Shown: piece after piece, positions 57,370-64,000 of the stretch
Layout: each line of letters begins with the position of its first letter
How positions within the stretch are numbered: position 1 is the stretch's first letter
Origin: Nitrospirota bacterium
Lineage (GTDB): Bacteria; UBA2233
Assembly (NCBI GenBank): GCA_011620345.1
Contig: WOZJ01000050.1
Coordinates: forward strand, 66,495 to 130,494
DNA length: 64,000 bases
Reading direction: 5' to 3'
The notes under the pieces: model-generated
The model's database searches: none
Seen by the model: only the letters and a program-made list of their open reading frames with translations
Told to the model about the DNA's origin: nothing
Made by a program: the position numbers and the translations under genes

Positions 57370-58779
57370 GTGACAGACCGACGATTGCGAGAGAAGTGCG
57401 CCGTGGTGGGCGTGTGGGGACACCCGGAGGCTAGCAATATTGCATACTTGGGGCTTTACGCCCTCCAACACAGGGGACAAGAGGGCGCTGGGATCGCCTC
57501 TCTTCGGCCTCACGAGGACAGGTTCTGCCTCTACAAACGTAAAGGCCTCGTTGCGGATATCTTTACGAAGGATGTCTTAGAGAAGCTGCCCGGCACCTGC
57601 GCGATCGGGCACACTCGCTATAGCACGTCCGGCTCGAAGGAAGCGGAGAACCTTCAGCCTCTTTTGGTGGACCACGAGGGCCAGAGTATTGCAGTAGCCC
57701 ACAACGGGAACCTGGTCAATTACCCAGAATTGGCCGAATTGCTAGCCAGAAAAGATGTGCACTTGTCTAGCTCCGTAGATTCGGAGATCTTTGGACACTT
57801 CTTTGGACTCTACAAGGGGTTAGGGGTAAAAGAGGCCATAGCCAGGGTGATGATGGATGTCCGTGGAGCCTACTCTGTCGTGCTTTTGACCCAGGACCGC
57901 CTTTTGGCTTTTCGCGACCCGCTTGGCTTTCGCCCTCTTTGCTTTGGGAAAGTCAAAGGTGCCGTCGTGGTGGCCTCCGAGTCATGCGCGCTAGACCTGA
58001 TCGAGGCGGAATACTTGGGCGAGCTAAACCCAGGGGAGCTTCTAGAGGTTTCCGAGGCCGGACTCGTTCGAACGCAGATTGTGCAAGCCCCTCGACAGGC
58101 GGCTTGTATTTTCGAGCTTGTCTATTTCTCCAGGCCGGACAGCAGGGTGTTTAACCGAAACGTCTACGAGACAAGGAAGGCCTTTGGCGAGGGCCTATTT
58201 AAGGAAGACTCAATTGAAGCAGACATGGTTATTCCCGTTCCCGATTCTGGCGTTCCAGCGGCGATCGGCTACCATCAAGCAAGCGGCATTCCTTTTGAGA
58301 TGGGCCTTATCCGCAACCATTACGTGGGACGGACGTTCATCGAACCGAGGCAAAACATACGGTCTTTTGGAGTCAAAATCAAGCTTAACCCTGTCGGGCA
58401 CCTGATCGAGGGGAAACGTTTGGTGTTGGTTGACGATTCGCTAGTCCGCGGGACAACGCTCAAGAAGATCGTTGGCCTATTAAGGGGTTGCGGGGCAAAA
58501 GAAGTGCATGTTCGGATCAGTTCGCCGCCGATCGTATCCTCCTGTTATTTCGGCATCGACACCCCCTCGCAAGAGGAGCTTCTGGCCTCTAGGCTAGAAA
58601 CCCAAGAAATTGCCCGATTTGTAGGGGCCGATTCGCTCCGGTACTTAAGCGTGCAGGGAATGCTCGGCGCGGCGGGAATGGAAAGGTCCAAGGTTTGCCT
58701 TGGGTGTTTTACGGGGTCTTATCCAATTGCAGTTCGATCAGGAGGGGTTGATGAACGGCATGGAGTTTGGCCGGCTTAA
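57370..58779 (+). CDS. purF: amidophosphoribosyltransferase (with short N-terminal propeptide)
   Basis: Nucleophile Cys in ...REKCAVVGVWG..., the PRPP loop, and C-terminal Cys ligands for [4Fe-4S]. Confidence 0.9.
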   Translation: MTDRRLREKCAVVGVWGHPEASNIAYLGLYALQHRGQEGAGIASLRPHEDRFCLYKRKGLVADIFTKDVLEKLPGTCAIGHTRYSTSGSKEAENLQPLLVDHEGQSIAVAHNGNLVNYPELAELLARKDVHLSSSVDSEIFGHFFGLYKGLGVKEAIARVMMDVRGAYSVVLLTQDRLLAFRDPLGFRPLCFGKVKGAVVVASESCALDLIEAEYLGELNPGELLEVSEAGLVRTQIVQAPRQAACIFELVYFSRPDSRVFNRNVYETRKAFGEGLFKEDSIEADMVIPVPDSGVPAAIGYHQASGIPFEMGLIRNHYVGRTFIEPRQNIRSFGVKIKLNPVGHLIEGKRLVLVDDSLVRGTTLKKIVGLLRGCGAKEVHVRISSPPIVSSCYFGIDTPSQEELLASRLETQEIARFVGADSLRYLSVQGMLGAAGMERSKVCLGCFTGSYPIAVRSGGVDERHGVWPA

Positions 58780-59323
58780 GCGGCGTCTCATCGAGATCGT
58801 CCGGGATATCGCCTACTACACGGGTGAATTCACGCTGAGTTCCGGAAAGAAGAGCTCCTTTTATCTGGACGTCAAAAAGCTCAGCCTTCATCCGGAGGGG
58901 CTATTCTTGATAACCAGCCTGTTTCGTTCGATTCTCCATACCCTAAGGCCCTACCCGGATGGCGTAGGAGGGCCCGTGATTGGGGCAGACCCCATAGTGG
59001 GGGCCTTGGTTTACTCGTCGTACGGTTCCGGGAGTCCGCTTGCCGGGTTCCTTGTTCGAAGCGGCCCAAGGGAACATGGAAGACTGAGGAAAATCGAGGG
59101 CCTTGAAAACTTCCCAAAGGAAGGGCACGTCGTCGTTCTTGAGGATGTTGCTACAACTGGCGGCTCGCTGCTTGGAGCAATTGATGAGGCGCTAGAAAAC
59201 CAGTTACGCGTTATTGCGGCCTTTTGCGTGATCGATCGCTCAGAGGGTGGGAGAGAGGCTCTTGAAAAACGTGGCATCCCCTTCTATTCTTTAATGACAA
59301 TCGAGGAGGTTCAATCGGGTTAG
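58751..59323 (+). CDS. pyrE: orotate phosphoribosyltransferase
   Basis: ...GEFTLSSGKKSSFYLD..., PRPP motif ...VVVLEDVATTGGSL.... Start at ATG 58751 after AGGAGGGG; overlaps the purF end. Confidence 0.85.
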   Translation: MNGMEFGRLKRRLIEIVRDIAYYTGEFTLSSGKKSSFYLDVKKLSLHPEGLFLITSLFRSILHTLRPYPDGVGGPVIGADPIVGALVYSSYGSGSPLAGFLVRSGPREHGRLRKIEGLENFPKEGHVVVLEDVATTGGSLLGAIDEALENQLRVIAAFCVIDRSEGGREALEKRGIPFYSLMTIEEVQSG

Positions 59324-59340
59324 CGGAAACGAAAGGTCTG

Positions 59341-60111
59341 ATGATGGGGGGAGCGGGCTTGAGGCGAATCCGACAGGGTATGTTCCTTACGGCCTTTCTT
59401 GTGCTATGCCTCGTTCCTATGGGGGGTGCGCACGGGGAGGATATCTACGTATTTCAGGACGCAGAAGGGACCTTTCATTACGCCACTCCTTCCAGGATTC
59501 CTCCGGCTTACAGGAAATCTGCCCGGATTTACCTAAAGAAAGGCTCAGCTTACGCAAGCGTTCGCAAGCGATTCCCTAATGGATACAACGAAAGCTCCAT
59601 CGTTTTTTCTAAGAAACAACCCCTGCGCGCAGCCTTCGCTTCTACCAAGCCTGTAAGCGTAGAGCTTCCTTACGAGGCTCGATACGGCAAGGTTGCACGG
59701 GAGGATCGCTACGATTCAATCATCACCCAGGCTTCGAGGACCTATGGAGTCAGTTTTAGCCTTCTTAAGTCCGTCATCAAGGCGGAGTCCAACTTCAACC
59801 CCTTGGCTGTATCGCCAAAGGGAGCCTGTGGAATGATGCAGCTCATGCCCGCAACAGCCCAAGAGCTAGGCGTTCAAGATGTTTTTGACCCTAACGAAAA
59901 CATCCACGCCGGAAGCCGTTATTTGAAATGGCTTTTGGATGCCTTCGAAGGAGACGTGCAGAAGGCGCTCGCAGCTTATAATGCCGGGCCTAACAGGGTG
60001 TGGCTTGAAGGAATTCCAGACATTCAGGAGACCCGAGTATATCTGCAACGGGTAGGATCTTTCCTCCAGGAGTACGCCGATAGGGCGGGCCCCACCGTGG
60101 CGTCCAAATAA
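59341..60111 (+). CDS. lytic transglycosylase (DUF4124 N-terminus + SLT domain)
   Basis: Signal/TM region, ...IYVFQDAEGTFHYATP... (DUF4124-like), ...ESNFNPLAVSPKGACGMMQLMPATA... (SLT catalytic Glu-Ser), ...AYNAGP.... Confidence 0.75.
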   Translation: MMGGAGLRRIRQGMFLTAFLVLCLVPMGGAHGEDIYVFQDAEGTFHYATPSRIPPAYRKSARIYLKKGSAYASVRKRFPNGYNESSIVFSKKQPLRAAFASTKPVSVELPYEARYGKVAREDRYDSIITQASRTYGVSFSLLKSVIKAESNFNPLAVSPKGACGMMQLMPATAQELGVQDVFDPNENIHAGSRYLKWLLDAFEGDVQKALAAYNAGPNRVWLEGIPDIQETRVYLQRVGSFLQEYADRAGPTVASK

Positions 60112-60134
60112 TACGAGCAGGTTTTCTTAGGAGT

Positions 60135-60695
60135 ATGTACTACGTTTTTTTTCCTAACGCCCTGACAGTGTCGCGAGTTCTCATCTCGGCGCTGCTCGTT
60201 TTTTTGCTCTCTTGGTCTAACGAAACCGCGCCAAGCCTCTTGGCCGGGTTGTTCGCCGTCGGTTGCCTGACGGATTTCCTAGACGGCGTATTGGCAAGGC
60301 GTTGGCAATCTGTAAGCGGGTGGGGAAAGGTCATGGATCCACTGGCCGATAAGGTGCTGATCCTTTCTGTTCTGGTCATGCTCACAGAAAGGGCCCTTGT
60401 GCCAGGATGGATTGCCGCGCTGTTCGTCGTACGAGAGCTTTGGGTGACGGGCATCCGCTCTAAAGCGCGAATGTCCGCCTCAAGACTTGGAAAGCTCAAG
60501 ATGTTCCTTCAAAGCCTTGGGCTTTTCCTAATTCTCCTCCAGAGGCCAGGGAGCCTAGCGGCGATTGGACTTGTATGCCTTTTTGGGGCTCTTGCCGCCG
60601 GTTATGGTTCGATGATTGATTACATGTTTCGTTTTCGAAACGACAGAGAATTCTCGAGCAGTCAGAGCGATCTGTGTTATACTAAAGACGGCTAG
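60135..60695 (+). CDS. pgsA: CDP-alcohol phosphatidyltransferase (PgsA-like)
   Basis: ...DFLDGVLARRWQSVSGWGKVMDPLADK... matches D-G-x2-A-R-x8-G-x3-D-x3-D. Confidence 0.75.
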   Translation: MYYVFFPNALTVSRVLISALLVFLLSWSNETAPSLLAGLFAVGCLTDFLDGVLARRWQSVSGWGKVMDPLADKVLILSVLVMLTERALVPGWIAALFVVRELWVTGIRSKARMSASRLGKLKMFLQSLGLFLILLQRPGSLAAIGLVCLFGALAAGYGSMIDYMFRFRNDREFSSSQSDLCYTKDG

Positions 60696-60723
60696 TCATG
60701 TTTGTAGTTCTAGGAGGTCTTGT

Positions 60724-61266
60724 ATGCTAGCAAAGGGGATGCCCGTAAGCAGGCCCAAGCTAACTTTCATGGAACGGGTGTACGTAGTGGAAGTGCTGAA
60801 GGGGTTGTATGTCACCTCAAGGCATTTCTTTAAAAACATGTCTTTGCATACTCTGCATCTTTTCGGGGTAGCGAAAAGAATTCCTGCGGCGGTAACGTTG
60901 CAGTATCCAGAGCAGAAACGGCCTTATCCTGAGCGTTTCCGAGGTTCTCACAGGCTTACGCTCAAGCCGGATGGCTCTGTGCGGTGTACCGCTTGCATGC
61001 TCTGCGCTACGGCATGCCCTTCGCACTGTATTACGATCGAGGCAGGAGAGCATCCCGACTCGAACGTCGAGAAATATCCTCTCCGTTATGACATCGATAC
61101 AATCCTTTGTATTTATTGCGGGGACTGTGTCGAGGCCTGCCCCGTGGACGCTATCCGAATGGATACAGGACTGCATCCGAATCCGCGCTACACGAGAGAA
61201 GGGTTTGTAGATAGGATCGATGTGCTGAAAAAACGCTCCGAACCGTTTAGCGCCGTTGTCATCTAA
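60724..61266 (+). CDS. NuoI-like 2x[4Fe-4S] ferredoxin subunit (stand-alone)
   Basis: ...LKGLYVTSRHFF..., ...QYPEQKRPYPERFRGSHRL..., CTACMLCATACP and CIYCGDCVEACP clusters. Start at ATG 60724 after AGGAGG. Confidence 0.7.
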   Translation: MLAKGMPVSRPKLTFMERVYVVEVLKGLYVTSRHFFKNMSLHTLHLFGVAKRIPAAVTLQYPEQKRPYPERFRGSHRLTLKPDGSVRCTACMLCATACPSHCITIEAGEHPDSNVEKYPLRYDIDTILCIYCGDCVEACPVDAIRMDTGLHPNPRYTREGFVDRIDVLKKRSEPFSAVVI

Positions 61267-61282
61267 GCAAGAAAGGGTATGT

Positions 61283-62362
61283 ATGGCAGTTGCACGTGAA
61301 CGCCTTCTTGAGGCGTTGCGCAGCGTGGAGGACCCAGAGTTACACAGGGATATTGTTGCCTTGGGGATGGTCAAGGATTTAAAGGTCGATGCCAAGGGGA
61401 ATGTTCATACAACCATTAATCTCACAACGCCCGCATGCCCCCTCAAGCAGCACATTAGAGAGGAGGTCGAAAAGGCCCTCTTGGCGATTGAGGGCGTTCA
61501 TGCGGTGGATGTCTCTCTAACGGCCGAGGTTAAGGCTGCACGCCTCACCCCCAACGACGGAAAGGCGGCGATACCGGGTGTGAAAAACGTTCTTGCCGTA
61601 GGCTCTGGCAAGGGTGGCGTAGGAAAGTCTACGGTAAGCGTAAACTTAGCCATAGCCCTTGCCAGACAAGGTGCTCGAGTAGGGCTTTTGGACGCGGATT
61701 TTTATGGTCCAAACGCCCCTATTCTTCTTGGGCTAGAAGGGGAGCGCCCCAAGGGGACACCGGATGGCAAGATCCACCCTTTGGAGGCTTACGGGATCAG
61801 CGTTATGTCTGTTGGGTTCCTCGTGGCGGAGGACACCCCGCTGGTTTGGAGGGGGCCGATGCTACACGGACTTATGAAGCAGTTTTTAGAGGATGTCGTT
61901 TGGGGAGAGTTGGATTACCTCGTCGTCGATCTCCCCCCTGGAACAGGGGATGTGCAGTTGACGCTTGCGCAGTCTTCGCCTTTGATGGGGGCCCTGATCG
62001 TGGTCACCCCCCAAAAGATGGCCATCGGGGATGCGAAAAAGGCAATCGCGATGTTTCAGAAGGTAAACGTCCCTATTCTTGGCGTTGTCGAGAACATGAG
62101 CGGGTTTGTTTGCCCTAAATGCCACGAGATTTCCTACATCTTCTCCGGCGGAGGGGGCCAGAGGCTTGCCGAACAATTCCAGGTTCCCTTCTTAGGGCAA
62201 ATTCCGCTAGACCAGAGGCTTGGGCAGGCTTCTGACATTGGCCGGCCGCTTGTGGCAACCGAACCGCTGGAGGAAGCAAAGGGGGTTGTAGCAGTCTTTA
62301 ATGAGCTCGCCCTACGGCTAGCCGGAAGGGTTAGCGTGGTCAACGCAGAAGGTATCGTCTAA
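61283..62362 (+). CDS. apbC: Mrp/ApbC/NBP35 Fe-S cluster carrier ATPase
   Basis: N-terminal DUF59-like ...LRSVEDPEL..., Walker A ...VGSGKGGVGKSTVS..., ...CPKCHE... CxxC. Confidence 0.85.
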   Translation: MAVARERLLEALRSVEDPELHRDIVALGMVKDLKVDAKGNVHTTINLTTPACPLKQHIREEVEKALLAIEGVHAVDVSLTAEVKAARLTPNDGKAAIPGVKNVLAVGSGKGGVGKSTVSVNLAIALARQGARVGLLDADFYGPNAPILLGLEGERPKGTPDGKIHPLEAYGISVMSVGFLVAEDTPLVWRGPMLHGLMKQFLEDVVWGELDYLVVDLPPGTGDVQLTLAQSSPLMGALIVVTPQKMAIGDAKKAIAMFQKVNVPILGVVENMSGFVCPKCHEISYIFSGGGGQRLAEQFQVPFLGQIPLDQRLGQASDIGRPLVATEPLEEAKGVVAVFNELALRLAGRVSVVNAEGIV

Positions 62363-62487
62363 AGGAGCCCGTTGGAACTCCGAGACGACTTAAGGTAAGA
62401 TAGACATAGGGCACCAATCGGTGGGCCTTTTCACGCTGCATGGCTGTTCAGGGGTGCGCCCTGTTCATGAGCGCCGCAATTGGAAGT

Positions 62488-62564
<77 letters not shown>

Positions 62565-62576
62565 CTCCAACCCTTC

Positions 62577-62660
62577 GCGAGAGTGGCGGAATGGCAGACG
62601 CGCTAGACTTAGGATCTAGTGGGACTACCCGTGGGGGTTCAAGTCCCCCCTCTCGCACCA
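62577..62660 (+). tRNA. tRNA-Leu (anticodon TAG)
   Basis: GCGAGAG/CTCTCGC acceptor stem. Anticodon loop CTTAGGA, long variable arm, encoded CCA. Confidence 0.85.
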
Positions 62661-62729
62661 TTTGCATCAGAAAAGCGCCTTCAGTCTATTTAGTATCGAT
62701 ATCTGATCGAGCAAGGAGCATGAGGCTGT

Positions 62730-63977
62730 ATGAGGGTTGAGCTCGTAGAATTTCCTGGTTTGAAGCGAGTTATTGAAGCTGAGGTTTCTCCAGAGGAAAG
62801 CCTTGATGCCTTGAAAGTGGCCTACCAGGAACTAAAGCACCGCGTGCGTCTCCCAGGATTTCGCCAGGGTCACATCCCACGGCCTGTCTTGGAGAGGTAT
62901 TTTGGGAAAGATGTGGAGGCCAATGTACGCGAACGGCTTCTCAATCAAGGGCTTGAAGAGGCTATTGAGAAATACAGCCTTGAGCTCGCGACCCGGCCTA
63001 AGCTTGTCGAAGATCTGGCTTTTACCCCCGGAGAGCTGTGCCGCTTTCGCCTCGAGGTCGAACTTAAGCCAAAAATCTCTTTGAAGCCCCTGGAAACATT
63101 CCAAATCGTTGATGATTCGAACGTCTCGGTCACAGACGATGAAGTCCTCTCTATGCTGGCCTACCTTCAAAAGGTAAACGCGCCATACGCATCGCTTTCC
63201 TCCGGGGATACCTTGTTGCCGGAGGATCTTGTCAGGCTTAAGGGAGCCTTTCATGAACAGCGCGGCGAGGCTCACGAGGTTGAGCTTGAGGGGATTGTAG
63301 ATTCAGAGTTTCGCCTCGTACTTGACCCTAGACATGCTCCTCTCCAGCCAGAGAGTCCATGGGACGGTGAGGGGGAGTTTGTGTATACAGGGGATTTTCC
63401 TTATTTGCCCAGCATTCCCGAGATTGTTCGCGGAAAACGCGGAACACTTCGGGCAAGGCTCGTTCACGCCCAAAGGAAGCAGCTTCCGGTCCTCGATGAT
63501 GAGTTTGCAAAAGATCTTGGGCTTTCCACACTCGACGAGCTTAAAGGCCGGGTAAGGGATGACCTTCAAAGAGAAAAAGAGTCTCGTGTCAAGGAACTTC
63601 TAAAGGAAAAGGTTGCCAATGCCCTTATGGAAGGCCACGATGTAGGTTTGCCGGAGGGGGTGCTCGAAGAGGCCATCCAGCGGCACATCGCGGCGCTTGA
63701 AAGAAGTGGCGACCACAAAGATATAGACAAGGACAAGGTTCACGCGTGGGTGACGCGACAGCTTAAATGGCATTACCTCTCAGAAGCATTGATCCGGCAG
63801 GCGGGAATCGAGGTGGGAGATGCAGAGGTAGAAGCCTTTTTAAGGAGGCGTTTCTCGGACAAGGGGGTTGCGCTCCCTTCCGGTTTGTATGACGAGGCTC
63901 GCCGTGTATTGCTCGACGAGAAGCTGTATGATTATCTCCTTGCCAATGTTACACTTAGAAGAGGAGATGCGGCTTAG
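62730..63977 (+). CDS. tig: trigger factor
   Basis: ...LPGFRQGHIPRPVLERYFG... (ribosome-binding N-domain) and PPIase/C-domain layout. Conserved position downstream of tRNA-Leu. Confidence 0.9.
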   Translation: MRVELVEFPGLKRVIEAEVSPEESLDALKVAYQELKHRVRLPGFRQGHIPRPVLERYFGKDVEANVRERLLNQGLEEAIEKYSLELATRPKLVEDLAFTPGELCRFRLEVELKPKISLKPLETFQIVDDSNVSVTDDEVLSMLAYLQKVNAPYASLSSGDTLLPEDLVRLKGAFHEQRGEAHEVELEGIVDSEFRLVLDPRHAPLQPESPWDGEGEFVYTGDFPYLPSIPEIVRGKRGTLRARLVHAQRKQLPVLDDEFAKDLGLSTLDELKGRVRDDLQREKESRVKELLKEKVANALMEGHDVGLPEGVLEEAIQRHIAALERSGDHKDIDKDKVHAWVTRQLKWHYLSEALIRQAGIEVGDAEVEAFLRRRFSDKGVALPSGLYDEARRVLLDEKLYDYLLANVTLRRGDAA

Positions 63978-64000
63978 CCCCATCCTCTCAACGGTTCATC

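Overview
This is a GC-rich (~58-60%) bacterial chromosomal window, very gene dense (about 65 CDS, 2 tRNAs), with no mobile elements, CRISPR arrays or rRNA seen. It is dominated by anaerobic/reductive-TCA-type central carbon metabolism. A four-subunit 2-oxoacid:ferredoxin oxidoreductase operon (delta-alpha-beta-gamma, oorDABC-like order) lies directly upstream of a two-subunit korAB-type enzyme. Nearby are a succinate dehydrogenase/fumarate reductase operon (A-C-D-B order), AMP-forming acetyl-CoA synthetase, an acetyl-CoA hydrolase/CoA-transferase, and a pfkB-gpmA-glgP sugar cluster. Other content: a purine operon (purB-C-S-Q-L-F followed by pyrE), bioF-bioA, yggS-proC-yggT-yggU followed by a stand-alone archease and tatA-tatC-nfi, and rsmD-coaD-aspC. 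A thiF/moeB - sulfide-type Thi4 - uncharacterised Cys/His protein - DedA operon is present. An archaeal-style thiolase plus fused HMG-CoA-synthase-like/DUF35 pair, a NUDIX-AMMECR1 fusion divergent from ppx/gppA, a lipoprotein M49 (DPP III-like) peptidase, a secreted CocE/NonD hydrolase and tRNA-Lys(CTT)/tRNA-Leu(TAG) before trigger factor complete the picture. The most unusual signals are: (1) a recurring AT-rich palindrome TTAGTATACTAA or TTAGTAT-N7-ATACTAA sitting on the promoter regions of oorDABC, acs and the NUDIX-AMMECR1/ppx divergent pair; (2) an inverted repeat bracketing the -10 box of a near-consensus sdh promoter; (3) the uncharacterised protein embedded in the thiF-thi4-dedA operon; (4) the NUDIX-AMMECR1 fusion; (5) paired GAATTTCAAWTC palindromes upstream of the HMGCS-DUF35/thiolase operon. 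All functional calls come from reading conserved motifs in the translations; no database searches were run. The ORF track treats TTG/GTG as M, so several starts were re-placed by RBS inspection. Hand-derived motif coordinates may be off by 1-2 nt.
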